Origin: Cycas panzhihuaensis
Lineage: Eukaryota; Plantae; Cycadophyta
DNA: 64,000 bases
Reading direction: 5' to 3'
Assembly: GCA_023213395.1 (NCBI GenBank)
Contig: CM041465.1
Span: 91,023,741 to 91,087,740 of the forward strand
In this document: positions 1 to 14,194 of the stretch, in pieces
Layout of the letters: every line of letters begins with the position of its first letter
Position numbering within the stretch: the first letter of the stretch is position 1
Position numbers and translations under genes: made by a program
The notes under the pieces: generated by a model
Databases searched by the model: none
Seen by the model: only the letters and a program-made list of their open reading frames with translations
Told to the model about the DNA's origin: nothing

Positions 1-279
1 TTCATTCAGTTTTCAAGTTGAGAAGATTTCTATAACTAGTGGTAATCTACTGGTGATAGGTTTGTCCAAAAGGAAGTCAAGACACTTTAGTATTGAAGTG
101 GCTGAAGAACTATTTTCCATTATTTGCATGATGTTTCTCTGTAACAAGTGCTTAGAATTGGGTAGTTCAACAAAAGACTTGAGGTCAACCAAATTAAATA
201 TTACAACCAACAGTTGAAACTAAACAGAAGCCACAAGCTACACAATTTCAATATCCAGGTGATCATGTCCTTGAAGTGT

Positions 280-1400
280 TGAGGGGACATCCTAATTCTA
301 GACTGCCACAGCTGTTATCCCAGAAAGATAAAAATGTCCATAGAAAAGTCGAGGAACTCTCTAAATAAAGCTTTAGTCCCCAGCAAGAATCCATTTGGAT
401 TCCTGGACTATAAGTTGAAAAGAAACATGGGAACATGAGGATGTGTAAACGTCATAGAGATGAGGCTGATAATCAGGGAAAATTTTTGATTCCTGAAAAA
501 GAAGCAATGTCTGCTGACATTAAGGAGGGTAATTATTTTGCGAAAACAGCTTAAGAAGTGGTTTCCACCAAATAAGAATCAAAGTTAGTGACAAGCACAG
601 GGCAATTTTTCTAACAGATACAGGACTATACACATTCACTGTTATGCCACTTGTTTGCCCTAAGTACATTTGCCTGCTTGGGAACTCCTTTTGGGTGTGA
701 ATTTGTATTGGTATTCTTCAGTGATATCTATTCTAACAAGATAAACCATATTGGGAATGTGAAGCAGATTTTGAAACTGTTTAGAAAGAATTAAGTATTT
801 GTTGAAGTTCACAATTGTCAAAATTTCCAAGCAAAAACAGAATACCTAATGCGTATGATCTGAGTAGAGGGCATTGTGTGGATGGTGAAAATGCAGAAGC
901 AATTGTCAAATGACATCAACCAACTCATATTTTTCATCTACATGTCTTGTCAGGACTTGTGGCATTTTATAGTTTGATCAAACATTTCTCAAACTGACGT
1001 GCCTCCATAATGGATTAACTTGAGAAAAAATCATTTTTTCGTTGGACTACTACAACAAACATTTCTTGTTGATAGGTAGGCCATTCTGTTACTTTTCATG
1101 AAGTTTTTTGCTTTCATACGACTTTGCCATGCTGCATTAAAACTTCCTCACCAATGTTACCAGAATCACCTATAGTCATGGCGAAAGGTTGATTACAGTC
1201 AGGTACATGCACTCATGCAATTTTCTAATATTGGTGAACTGTTGATCTATCTGAGAAAACATGAATTTCCATTTAAGAACAGTTATACAATGCACTAGAT
1301 TATATGATTTGCCATTGATGTGGATCATCCAATACTGTTGTCACTTCCTTGAATGTTCAAACACATGGAAATTTGCTGGGACATATAATATGCTAGGAAG
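280..1400 (+). mobile_element. Highly degenerate Ty3/gypsy pol remnant (RT/RNase H) inside the COL intron
   Basis: Frameshifted RT motifs readable in order: PSKNPFG...MRMCK, FHQIRI, GLYTFTVMP, FVLVFFSDI (degenerate YxDD region). No LTRs identified. Confidence 0.55.
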
Positions 1401-2667
1401 GATTGGAAGCAAATTCAAGTAGGCTTAAGGTCATCGAGAACTTTGCTCCTCACATCAACCCAGGCCAACTATAAAGAGTCCTTTGCCAGGCAGACTTGCT
1501 TGAGAATACTGTTAAGTCTATTCATCTAGGTGCTTGAAAGGTGTAATAGAGCAAAATAAATTTGCTTACAAACTGGAATGTTATTGCATTAGCTATGTAT
1601 GGCACCCTTGAAACTCCAAGATCTGTATGCTTGTTAATAGCTATACAAAACTGCAAAGAGTGAACAACATGAAGGTCTTCAATCAACCAAATCTCTAGGT
1701 CAAGCTCCACAATATAACCTTCATTAGTAGTGATATTGCCCCAAAAACCTATGATGTAAAGACCACAATACAAAGGGTAGCCAAACTTATTGGTTATCTC
1801 AACCTATAATAGGAAAGTTAGGATTTTCACATGCAACTACCGGAGAGCTTGACTTCAACATGTTGCACACAGCAAATAAACCTTAGCATGGTGCATTTCT
1901 CTATATGCAATCCTCTACTCTATCAGGGTTCCTTCCTTCACAACTTACAAAACAGAGTGACAGTAATTCCCCTTGTTCAAGGCGTTCTCAATCTCCTCTA
2001 AGTAAGGGAGAGCCACTCCCAAACGCCCTGTTAATACCAACTAGAAATTGATGGTCTCCTAGTTTCAAGTATAAGACATATACCTCTTTTAAATTAATCA
2101 ATGTAAACTTGAAATGTACTGTTTTATGTACATCTAGTTGATAGTTAAAAGTGGTTATGGGCTCTCCTTAACTGCAAGACCAGTGTGATCTCTTGTGTGT
2201 CTGTGTGCTTGTAGTTTATTTTTTCTAATTTGTATAACCAGCCTTTCAACCAAAAAATATGATCAAGGGTGGGCACTCAGATATAACATCATCCCCTGAA
2301 TTAAAGATCATTACCCTCAACAATCATTATTTAACAATTGCATATATTTCTATTTACAAATAATAGAAAGGAAATAAGTATAACTGAAATAAACCATGTA
2401 ACGTCCATATGACAATTAATCTATTCCACTGAAGAACATAGCAATGGGAGAAAACCACACTATTCTCTACCTCGAGTCCAATTGGCTTACCTAGGACCTT
2501 GTTTAGCTAAGTTATTGGATACTCCATATGTCACCCCCTTTACCCCTACCCGAGATTTATCCAAGACTTGGATATGGCTTGGATATTTTTTGGTTACATA
2601 TCCTAACCATGTCATGTATTAGGTCAGATCCAATGTTGTATCTAACACCAAATTCTAGTCTAGTGGA

Positions 2668-3852
2668 CCCCAAATGACTGTATCCACAAATATTTTGGGC
2701 CTAACTGGCAACATTTTGGTCATATTTGATGCCCAACTTCATTATAAAATTTAAAAATAATGATCTGTTATCAAAAAAGAAGGAAATATAAATTAAGAAA
2801 CTTAGAAATCCTAGCTTGTTTTCCAAGATTTACTTCCATTTATAGCAATTGTTTTGCTACTTAAATAGTTGACTCTTTGAAAACTCTAGTGTCCCCATAT
2901 CCTGGAAATTTAAAAATATTGCGTCTATTCTTGCTTCCGTTTCCACTACTGCTCCTGTTTGCACATTTTTGGTTGAGCCATTGTGGGTTGTTTTCATTAA
3001 ATGGATACAATGTTCAATACAGCACATGCATAGTCAATGCCAGGCATACATAATTTAACTCTATAGCCTACCATCATTTAACAACCTTTAATGAGTTTCC
3101 ACCTAGACACTCCTCTTTTCCTCCCTCTTTCCAATTCTCAGTAAACATGAAGAATGAATGTTTCTTCAGTCTTTTGCATTGCTTAAATGCGACACAGACA
3201 TGACCCTTCACTTTGTTTCCCATGATTTACCATCCCTCTTTTCTTCTCCAAACCCTTAGCCCCCAAATGACTGTATCCACAAATATTTTGGGCCTAACTG
3301 GCAAGATTTTGGTCATATTTGATGCCCAACTTCATTATAAAATTAAAAAATAATGATCTATTATCAAAAGAGAAGGAAATATAAATTAAGAAACTTAGAT
3401 ATCCTAACTTGTTTTCCAAGATTTACTTCTATTTATAGCAATTGTTTTGCTACTTAAATAGTTGACCCTTTGAAAACTCCAGTGTCCCTATATCCTGGAA
3501 ATTTAAAAATGTTGTGTCTATTCTTGCTTCCGTTTCCACTACTGCTCCTGTTTGCACATTTTTGGTTGAGCCATTGTGGATTGTTTTCATTAAATGGATA
3601 CAATGCTCAATACAGCACATGCATAGTCAATGCCAGACATACATAATTTAACTCTATAGCCTACCACCATTTAACAACCTTTAATGAGTTTCCACCTAGA
3701 CACTCCTCTTTTCCTCCCTCTTTCCAATTCTCAGTAAACATGAAGAATGAATGTTTCTTCAGTCTTTTGCATTGCTTAAATGCGACACAGACATGACCCT
3801 TCACTTTGTTTCCCATGATTTACCATCCTCTTTTCTTCTCCAAACCCTTAGC
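2668..3852. repeat. Head-to-tail tandem duplication, unit about 593 bp (2668-3260, 3261-3852)
   Basis: Both copies start CCCCAAATGACTGTATCCACAAAT and end CAAACCCTTAGC, with only scattered substitutions. Confidence 0.95.
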
Positions 3853-4449
3853 CTATGGCTGTGTGGCTAGGATTGGATACATGGCTAGGTCATGGTCAGT
3901 GGTCGACAAGGCTTAAACACCTTCGTGGTGGTCATATGATAGTTACATGCATTTATTCAACCTCTTTGAGCTCTCCATTGAAGTCTCAGCTTTCCAAGGC
4001 TTGATTTGCGCATATAACACATTGGACAACAAAGCAATGTCTTTTGAAAAGGTCCCCTTTCCATGTCATTTCTTCAATGGGTTTTTGTCCATTGTCAGAC
4101 TTGGTAATGTCATGCTGTATCCATAGCATTCAAAAGTCCAATGTTTGATATGGTTATTGGATTGTTGAATTTGTATGCCAACAAAAGTGAAAGGCTAATT
4201 ATCAAAGTGCAATAGTGCTAGCTCAGATGAATGGATAGGATGTGGCTTTGGTGTTCTAGTAGATATGACCAAACTTTTCCAAGATTGGCTCTACAATAAT
4301 GTGTTGACCACATAAGATACTTGCCTTGTACCTATTGCTTGTTCTTTAGCTTAGCGTCATCTGTTTTATCTATGTTATCTTAGGAACAAAGCATGTTTGA
4401 CATTCTCCACCTTGCAGCAAGTATTGGCCCATTAATATTATATTATATT

Positions 4450-5900
4450 AAATTGTATTAAGGGGCTTACCAATAGTATCTATATCCTATTTATATTATA
4501 TTATACAATAATTCATTTTTAAGAGTTTATTTATATCTCTATATTTTTTTATGTCATCCAATGATATGAAATCCATAATCACCATCAGAACAATCATTAC
4601 TAGGGGAACATCATTGTGGCAATTATTTTTGATGAATATGAACTTGGACAGAGCACTATCTTGGTAAAATATATGCATTAAGGTAAGGATCCTAATGGTA
4701 TGTAGTGTTGCTTTCAATAATAGAATAGAATATATTTCATATTGCTGGATAATATTTATATAAGAAATCTTGAAAGCTTTCATATGGGATTATAAGTTGT
4801 ATTTTTTTGAGAAATCCATAATGGTAGGAATGGAAAACCATAATCTGATAGGACTGTTCATGCCAATTGACACTTGTAATTGCAAATTAAGGGGGAAATA
4901 ATCATAGAAAAACAATTCTTATGGGTATGGACAAAGTGTGAGATTATAGGTTTGTGGTGAGAGGGCATCATATTAGCAATTGTCATTTTGGTGCATATAA
5001 ATTTAACTATCAATTTTATAGTCATTTTTACAATAATTGTCTTGTAAAGATGATTATTATTCTACATTTTCAAAATAATAGAGGTGGGCCTTTAAGGCAT
5101 TTAAAAGAATTATTGATGACCTCTAATTCAACATTGGTCATATTGAAAATGAAGTTTTAAAAGAAATCAACTAGGTTGGGTGATGCTAATGTTAATTATT
5201 TGGATGATATGGGAATGTTTTCATAGGAATTATTTGCCATGGGAATGTCTGAAAGAAAGCTAAAGGGTGTCTGAACAATTATCCTCAAGAATAGTCTACT
5301 GGTCATCCTTTAATAATATAACATATATTATTAAAAAATCAACTAGTCATCATGTGTTTTGGAGGTCTTTTTAATTGTATATTATATTAATTGATATTGC
5401 TTAGTGTTGTAAGCAAGTGTTTATCCATCTTTTCTATCAATATTATGAAACAACGTTTAACCACCAAAACTATAATCATTGGGGGAAGGTAGTCGAGGCA
5501 GTCATTTGCAACAGGTTTTACCAATATTGGTTTAAAATTTAAACACTGCTGTGATGTCTTCCAACGTCTTCACAACATGGTTTTATTGGAGGAATTCTGA
5601 AACATGATGGATCTGGGGATTTGTATTCATGGGTGTTTTGAAGGAGAACCAGCACATGGGTAAGTGTACATTGTTACTGTACTTAAACTACACTGAAGAA
5701 AGTTCTCCACAAACCAGTGTGGCAATCTTCAACATGCTTATCAAGATATCCTCTACAACTACTTTCCCCTTCATTATTTTGCGAGAAAAGATGCTGTGTT
5801 CCTGAAGGACAATTTGTGTTTCAAGCTTAGCAAATTTGTTTCAAATATGATCTCTGGTTACTGAATATGCTTTTCCATGGAATGAATTAGCAGCCATAAT
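4450..5900 (+). mobile_element. Possible very old LINE ORF2 remnant
   Basis: Only weak, frameshifted echoes of L1 C-terminal motifs (xWDKV, GDxNVxxxDD, GxxxGEPxHG). Boundaries are guessed. Confidence 0.25.
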
Positions 5901-6281
5901 CTGGGTATGACTCTTTATCTATCATTCTCAAAACAGAAAAGTTTCAATGTTCAATTTTAGACATAATACATAAATTTGTCTAGTGTTAAATTGCCAGACT
6001 GTAAATTAAGTTCTGTGGTTTGCCTTCTTATTCCTCGAGCATTTAATGTTTGTGTTTTTACCTTTGATGTTTTGGTTTGTTTAATGTTATTGGCCTTTTA
6101 ATATTATTTTTCTCATTTCCTGAGATGGTGGATTATAGTTTGTTACATAAGTGACCACGTATAGACCATGCCATCCCCTTCAACAGCATATTCAGTGTGT
6201 GCTTATAAAGACAATGTCCTGGTTGCATAGCTCTAGAGCTATCATGAGTGCTGATGTTTAAAAGCTTATTGTTTCCTCCAG

Positions 6282-6628
6282 CCATCTTCAGGCGCTCCTG
6301 CTGGGTATGTAGCTTTATCTTGTCAAGAACCTGAAGCAGAGGAAGCTCCCCAGCCTGCAAATGGTAGCATAGTTCAAGGTGTACCAGATCCAAGTGGGGC
6401 TAGCAACATGAATATCAACCATGCCATTCGGCCGGCTCATTCCAGTTTGTCACTCTCTCTTTCAGGCTTAAGTGGAGAAAGTAGTGCGGCTGACTACCAT
6501 GATTGTGGTATATCACCTGTGTTTCTGAAGGGCGAACCTCCATGGGGATCTGCAAGCCCTGACTCTGCATTTTCACAGGCTAGGGACAATGCGATGATGA
6601 GGTACAAGGAGAAGAAGAAGGCACGCAT
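6282..6628 (+). CDS. CONSTANS-like (COL9/COL10-type) protein, penultimate coding exon
   Basis: Acceptor TTTCCTCCAG ends at 6281. Open frame PSSGAPAG...SLSLSLSGLSGESSAADYHDCG...GEPPW...RDNAMMRYKEKKKARM, then donor GTACGT at 6629. The SGESSAxDYxDCG and GEPPW motifs are typical of COL9/10-type proteins. Confidence 0.9.
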
Positions 6629-6790
6629 GTACGTCATCGTTTCTATCACGTTGACCTCCTAGTGCTGAGTTGTTCTGGAGCATAAGTGTTTTGTAGATTT
6701 GATGTTTCAATCGTTCCTGCCTGCAATGTTAGAACATGTTCAGAAAATATAGTAATTAACTAGCTGGTATGTTTTTGCTGCTAAGAACAG

Positions 6791-6920
6791 GTTTGAAAAA
6801 CGGATTCGTTATGCTTCTCGTAAAGCTAGAGCAGATGTAAGAAAGCGCGTGAAAGGTCGCTTTGTTAAGGCAGGTGAAGCATATGATTATGACCCTCTAG
6901 CCATGACCAGGAGCTATTAG
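6791..6920 (+). CDS. CONSTANS-like protein, last exon (second half of CCT domain plus stop)
   Basis: After acceptor AACAG (6790), the phase-2 join AT|G gives (M)[42 protein letters not shown], with TAG at 6918-6920. The intron 6629-6790 is GT..AG. Upstream (B-box) exons lie outside the window. Confidence 0.95.
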
Positions 6921-7164
6921 ACGACTCTGTGTTCTAGTTGAATTTATATCACTTTTCTGGTTGTCTTAGAGTCTGGCAATTAGCTTCCAGCTGGGCAAAC
7001 ATGATAGATTCCCTGTAACTACTTGTGCATCCAGCTGTTGCAATAAACCTGACCAACTTATTATGGAAATGCATGATTGTATTCAAGCAAGTAGCCTGCC
7101 CTTCAAAGAATGGTGGGAGTACTCCAGGTCCAGAGGGTGGATCTTGTTCATTCTTTGTTTCATT

Positions 7165-7246
7165 GACTGTTCATGCTGCATATACTCCTGGTTCATTGTG
7201 GATGCTGTGACGACTGTTCATGCTGCATATACTCCTGGTTCATTGT
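7165..7246 (+). repeat. Perfect 35-bp direct repeat in the putative 3' UTR
   Basis: GACTGTTCATGCTGCATATACTCCTGGTTCATTGT at 7165-7199 and 7212-7246, with a 12-bp spacer. Confidence 0.9.
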
Positions 7247-10200
7247 ACCCTGGGCACGGACCAGACCTTCAAGGCATAAAATGAAGGCTTTATGGATTTA
7301 ATTTACAAGCTCCTGTGTATACACTGTGATGATAGAGGGTAAAGATTCATTTCCATGATCATTAGTTCACTTGGTGTATACTTTGGGGCAGAGCCATGCT
7401 CCAATAACTGAGGTGTGCTAAGCGTACAGATTTTGAATGACCAAACAACTGATCTTCGAGCGATATAGCTTATTTTGAAACTGTTATACTCAATATTTTG
7501 ATATCACATGCTGTTTTCTTAGGACACTTAATTATCGAGAATTAGAAATGGATAGCAAAGGTTGAGCTTTATGGAGATTTCCTTTCATGTATTTGGGGAT
7601 AATGTTTCAATTGTTGTCATGTACTTAAAAAGTTGTCTAATGAAAACTGGTGTACTCTGCTGCTGGTTGGCCAACCTCGTTCCCAATGTTACCTCATGAG
7701 TTAAAATTTGATCTTTATAGTTTGTGTAAGCTCTTAGCACCTTGATCACTCCTTTCTGCTTAGCTAATTATTTTCATAATAAATTGTATGTTGTCTCCTT
7801 TGTGTTCTGGCCTCCAGCAAATGAGCAAATTTTCAATTGCATTTAAAATGCAGAATATTGCTCTAACAAACTTGTAAAGATTAAAAAGAAGTTCATATGG
7901 GTTAAGCCCACATAGGCTGTACTATCATGACCACTGTTCATTGCTGCTAAATAAAAACTTTTGCATTTGCAACTGTCATATGCTTGCTGGATTCATGTAT
8001 CGCTCACTTGAATACATTGGAGTTGCATGCATTGTAGTCATTTTTCCATTGTGCTTTTATGCTTCCCTGTTGTTGCGTTGATTTTCCTTGGGGGCAAGAA
8101 ATCAAGAACCACTTCTTGACATACTCTAAGTGAAACATATTGCAGCTGGACACATGGTTGACACTGTTGTAACTGGCCATGTTAATCCATGGAGTGGAGT
8201 CCTTTTCCTATAGGTTGTGGTATTTTTCAACTCCTCCATGAACTTGATATTATTCCACTTCAAGATGTAAAGCACTAGGTGGATGAAGGTTCTTTAGCCA
8301 GTGTTTTAAAGTAGCACACATCCAAACCTGAGACTGAATATGATAAAACTAGAATATACCAATTGTTGAGAATTTTATCCTTGTGTGGTGTGAGGAATGT
8401 TAAATGCTAATGCAAATTCCGTTTTACAGGATTTGCTAAATTCACTTTTGTATTCACATAAAACAATTTTAAATATATGTTATGGTTAAGCTGGGTTTGT
8501 AAACTAAATATTTTCATCTTCAAGCGTTGACACTAGTATTGTAAGGGCTAAGGGCCGCCTTGCACTTATTGGTAAGTTAAGTTGTGTACATGGAAACTAA
8601 ATCTTCGAGTGACTTATGTGTAGCTGGCTTTAATTTGATTGAAGAACAAGTATCTTGGAATGTACTTTAAGCTCATGCTTCAAAGAACACTCCAACTCTT
8701 TTCTTTGGATCACATGAAAATTTAGCTTGTGATTGAACCTCACTGTATACACGTGCCTAGATTATTGAACATGCTGTAGAAAACAGATGTGCTGGGACAG
8801 AATTGGCATTCTTTGAGCATGGTACATGCCCTCATGTGTTGTTCTGTGTAATTTCTTTGCTTTCTTAGATATGTCTACTGTTTTTAAAAGTTTCACATAA
8901 AGAACCATTGGTCCATGGTTCCATGGTAAGGCTGCTGCTCTCATGAATGGGCTTATGGAGAGCCCAGTTCGTGAAGGAAACAATGCTCTGCACATACAAA
9001 AGTTACATAACCAGAGCTATCATTTACACCAGTATTGGAAGCATGCATGCCATCAATGTTGACATCCAATTTTCCCATCTTGCCAGCTTCGTAATGGAGA
9101 AAACAAGTGCAAAGCATGCTTAATTGAGTTTAGATAAAATCAAGGAGGAAAAACCAATTAGGACAACTTCAATTCATTTCAGCTTAGAAGCAAAAGACCA
9201 ATGAGGATAAATTTAATTTATCTTAACTTCATTTTAGGCAATCTATCAGTTTTTTATCAGCCAGCAAAGTTCCATTGTGACAAAATGACGAAGGATTTGC
9301 CTTCTGCTCATTTCCTTCTTGCACCAGGGCTGAATTGCACCTCAAATCCCTTCCAATGTTTGTTTACTGGTTGCTTTCCTCGCTTCCAACACATTGAACA
9401 TAATGGTAAAGGCAAAATGTAAATTCTTGCACCAATAATTTAAATACATCCTTTCGAATTGTGAACATGAAACAGAAATACCATTTGCACTAGGAATGTT
9501 GTGAATGTGAAATTGAAATACTATATGCACTGGGAGTGGAATTTTCTTATGTATGAATCCAAATTATCTTTTGGCACATGAATGTGAAATTCTGTGAGAT
9601 GAAGATGAAAATCTATCATTGCACATGAAAGTTACATTATGTCATGAAGCTCCTCTTTTACTCTTTGAAACACAAAATAATAACCCTATTTAAGATAGTT
9701 TAATTGGCAAGGTTTAAAAGGAGGAGAGTTCTGCATTTTAGGTTTGGAATGAAAATTTAGTGTCATATGAAACCCATTGTCAAGTATTTTTATATGCATT
9801 ATCCCTAACCAACGGCTAGAATTGTGGTTATTCAAGGGGAGACACCCATCTTTTGTGATGCTTATCTTTGTGGTGGTACTTTGTAACACAAAATATATGA
9901 ATGGTGTCTAGGTGTCATTTTTGGTGACAAAAGCATTTACCTTTTGAGGTCATGTTCTTCTTAGATGCGCTGAAATCAGTGTTTTGTCAGTGGAGTGATT
10001 TCTCCCTCAAACAATGAGAGAGTACTAACGAGTTCTTTGCTATTTTTGATATTTATAGAGATAACGTAGTTATTCAGAAATCATCTCTTGGTGGATAACT
10101 AGTCATTAAGTTTAGAGATCCCTAACTTTGGGGTGCCTTCCAGTCCATTCCTATGGATATGTCAACATCAATTCATTCCTATGGAGTTGGTGTGGACCCA

Positions 10201-13200
10201 CCTCTGTGGTTGTATTAGTTTATTCCTATGAATTTTTTCTCAATAGAAATGACAAACCGAGGAAGACAACTATGCATCCCTATGCACAAGAGATCCTAGT
10301 TTCATGGTTTATCCAGAGTGATTTCTTATTACATTCTCTTTTAGCTTTCATGCATCCTCATGCATGAAACTATATGCATCTTTGCACATATGATTATATT
10401 TGTCTTAAGTAGCCTTGTGCAAGAGACTACGCATATTCCTGTGCATTTGTTTTACTCATCCTCTTGCATCTATATGCGTCTTTGCACATTTCATTGTGCT
10501 CTAAAGCATTATTGTGCAAGAGAGTTGTATACATCTTTGCTGTGATTTTGGTTTTATGTTGTGGGTTGGTTTTAGAGTTTCAAAGCTTGTTCACAATTAT
10601 TACCTGAAAGAAATTTAGAATTGAAATAAAATAAATTTTCTTTGATTGCTTATTCAAGTTTATGAAATAAATTGAATGGAGTCATTCATTCAATTCTATA
10701 GCACTTCTCTAAATTGTCATAAACTAGATAAATTTTAGACATTGTGACTTTTACTATCAAATAAAATTGAGGCTATTTTAATATTGTTAGTGATAAAAAA
10801 TTGCAAGGAATAGAATACTAGGAACAACTTTCAATTGCAATGGAGATAAAAAGTATCGAAATGATAACAAATATGGCAATACACAAAAGATGGAAGTAAT
10901 AGTAAATATGATAATTTATAATATAATGAAATGTTATCTAATGTTGTAATTCATTGTTAAAAATATTTTAATCTTGACTTATGGTTTTCTAAAGTCAGCT
11001 TTACTAAATTATCGTATTTAAGAGCATCAATGCTCATGATGTAAGCATGTTATGGTTAATCAAAATGTAATCTTACATGATGTTTTTGATCTTTTGTCTA
11101 CCCATTTCAGTATGGTATCAGAGTTATGGGGATGTGACTCTTTGGTTGTTGCTTATGCTCTCTTTGGTATACTGTTGAAGTTTTTTTCTATTGTTGTTCT
11201 AAGCATGCCTTCCACCATTAATCCTTAGAATGTATTTGTGTAATGTGGACGGCTCATTTGGTAATCTATAAGGCTTGCGGTGTTTTTTTTAATGTAGGGT
11301 GGCATTTTAGTTTGTTTTTTTTTAATGGTATTTTCCAATCGACTAGGAAGTCTTCTACAAAATGAGCCTATGTGATTTTTTGTTTATTTGATAGAACCTA
11401 AACAATTGTTTGCATCCAAGAAGAATACTTAGATGTGGGTGTTGTTGAATGACTAGTTTGAACCCCAAAAATTCTGTCATTGTCAATTCTGAACGAGTCA
11501 ATTAAGGTTGTTTATGCATGGGTTCTCCATAGTTTGTAGGGTTTTAAATAACTTATCAATGATGGTGTAATGGAATGTATGTAGTTGCAAATAATTCATA
11601 ACTCTTTGACGAAGTTATTGCTTCTATTGTGTTTTAGCATGATTGTTTTTGTTTTGAGCTCATATTGCCATGTGGAGATGGGAGTTTGTTGCCCACAATT
11701 CAAATTCTATGAGAGTGCCTTAATTCTCATATTACAATCGGCTTGTTGATTTGACTTTTTAGTCATTCTTGTGAGCCATAGATTCCATTCGATAATTGAT
11801 GACATTTGAAAATCATTGCATTTGCTTCAGTGATCGATGTTTGGGTCTGGCCAAACTAATTCAGATCCACACAAAAATTTTGTAGTCACCCCTACGAAAA
11901 CATGTAAACAATAAACCCTAAAATGCAATTCGATTGGTGAAAATCAAGATGGAGAAGAAGATTTAGAGCTTTAGTAGAAGGCAAGGAATCTAATAGTTCT
12001 GGGCCAAATTCATTGAGATCTACAAATCTGTGGGTGAAGAAATCATGGTGATAAAGAAACCCTTCACAAAGAAATCATGATAGTGCAGACAAACCAATTT
12101 TCAATAAAATGATTACTTTTTTCTTAAAGTTTTCCAATTAGTTACATTAAATTATATAAAATGGCGAGATATGTGGCTAAGCCCTATGCATTTAGTGCTT
12201 GATCATATGGATTTAAGCAGGTGACCTTGTATTTTCTATTTTTTTAAAGTTGTGGATGTGTATACAATGTATATACAATAGCCATGAATGTGCATTTGTG
12301 TTTAATCATTGTATATACATCTAGCCCCCTCAGTAGTCTAGCGCCTAGTCATATGGCATTCGTAGGTGACTATGTTGTAAAATTATTGTGTGCTCAAGTG
12401 TTGTGTCTACATCTTATTGAAATCGTAAATTTCAGAAGGCCATAACTTTGTCATTTGATGTTTGTTTTTAATAAATCTTTTTTTTTTATTCTCTATATTT
12501 TTTTGAGATCTACGTATTGATAGCATTGATTTTCTATTATTAGTTACATATTTGGATATATTTTACTATTTTCTCATCATGGAGTACTTTTTTAAGCTAC
12601 TTGCTTGATTTCATGAGTTACTTGCTCTTTTTGGATCAAATTATGAATATTAAGAAATGAGAATATCAGATTATTTATTGCTACAAAGACGATTGAGATA
12701 TGCTATAGGTGATAGATCCAGTTGTTATGTATGGTTACTTCATAAATTGCAATAAAACCCTTGGTACAATTCTCTCTACTCTTCTTTATGATATTAGAAT
12801 ATAGTTATTTGATATAGATTTTGTGTGAACTATGTTGAAAAACATGTAATAAAAGATTGATGTTTTGTAAGTCGCTAAATTAGAGAAAAAATTGTATAAT
12901 ATAAGCATTGGATATTTTTGGTACAATAGAAAAGTTCTTCGGTTATATATGGTTTGTGAATTTGGATTTACTTCTCTATGGACCACAATATGGAAAAAAC
13001 TATAATACTCTTGTTGGTTTAGTCATTAAGAAATGATCTAGTTCTTATAATGATTATAAGATTGTTAGACAAGAAGGAAAATATCTTCAAATTATCTTTG
13101 ATAAGCTTACTCATGATTTGGTTGGACATCAAAATAGACTTATTTAGAATTAATAGAACAATCAAAGTAAGAGTCAAATCAATTAGAGTTACAATCAAGT

Positions 13201-14194
13201 AAAAACTTTAGATTCTTAAGGGCTCACTTCTAGGTTTCAAGGGCAAAATGATTAACTTAGATTTTAAGGGCAGCAATATGTAAGGTATATGTATTTAGAA
13301 GGTAAACTAATTGGGGTGAAAGATGACAGAATCAATGGTATAATTGAGAAAAAAATTCAGGTTTTCTTCCTCAAGGACAGAATTTAGTTTATCAAGAACA
13401 AAATTCAAGAGAAAATTTATATTGTCTAAGTGCAAAATTTAGATTTAGGGAAAACTTCAAATTCTTAAGGGTGTGCATGGCCAAAAGACGACTGCTACAT
13501 CTGAGCAAACAAAGATGCAACTATGAGTGCAATCGACAAACAAAGGTACAACTGGTTGTACGAGCAGGTATGACCAAGTTACCAGCAGGTGTGGCTGGGT
13601 TACTAGTAGGTGTGACCGAGTTACTCGCATGTGCAATCATGTTACGGACCTACTCTGTAACTTGAGGAGGAAGCCCGAAATATTTCGAATACACAAGAGT
13701 GCTTTGTAAGATTGAATAGTCACAAGACTAGATGATTGATTATAAAAAATATAAGTGATGTCCATATTACATTTGGGGCCGTATTTATATGCATAGTAGG
13801 CCCTTTTGCTGAAGGATATGTCTCTTCAATAACACCCATTCGCTAACAAAATGATTAATTAACCTATTTTAAGGAGGTTCATAACAATTCATTCCCTTTA
13901 AGATGTTTCGCCCACGAAACATAGTTGAACGATCGCAGTCCCTTAAACGTATGTTGTCCTTCATTGTAGCAGAGTCCATTAAGCGATTAGACGGATGCTG
14001 TAGGTATTTATTGGAAAATTCTTCTGGTTGAAAACATCGGCTGTGTTTTTGAAATGCTTGTGGTTGCTTCTTGACTTCTCCACTTTGATCCTTGCGTGGC
14101 ATGACTTTAGTTTTGTTTAATCTTTTTCTTGATAATGTGATGATTCTTTCTTCTTTCTTAAATCACATAAATTGTTCATCATTATTCATTTCAA

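Noticed and set aside
6408-6662. Stand-alone 84-aa ORF
   Set aside because: It is an internal exon read into the intron; splice sites and the completed CCT domain show a spliced gene.
8762-9530. Short ORFs downstream of the COL gene as a neighbouring gene
   Set aside because: No recognisable domain or consistent exon chain in the frames I tried.
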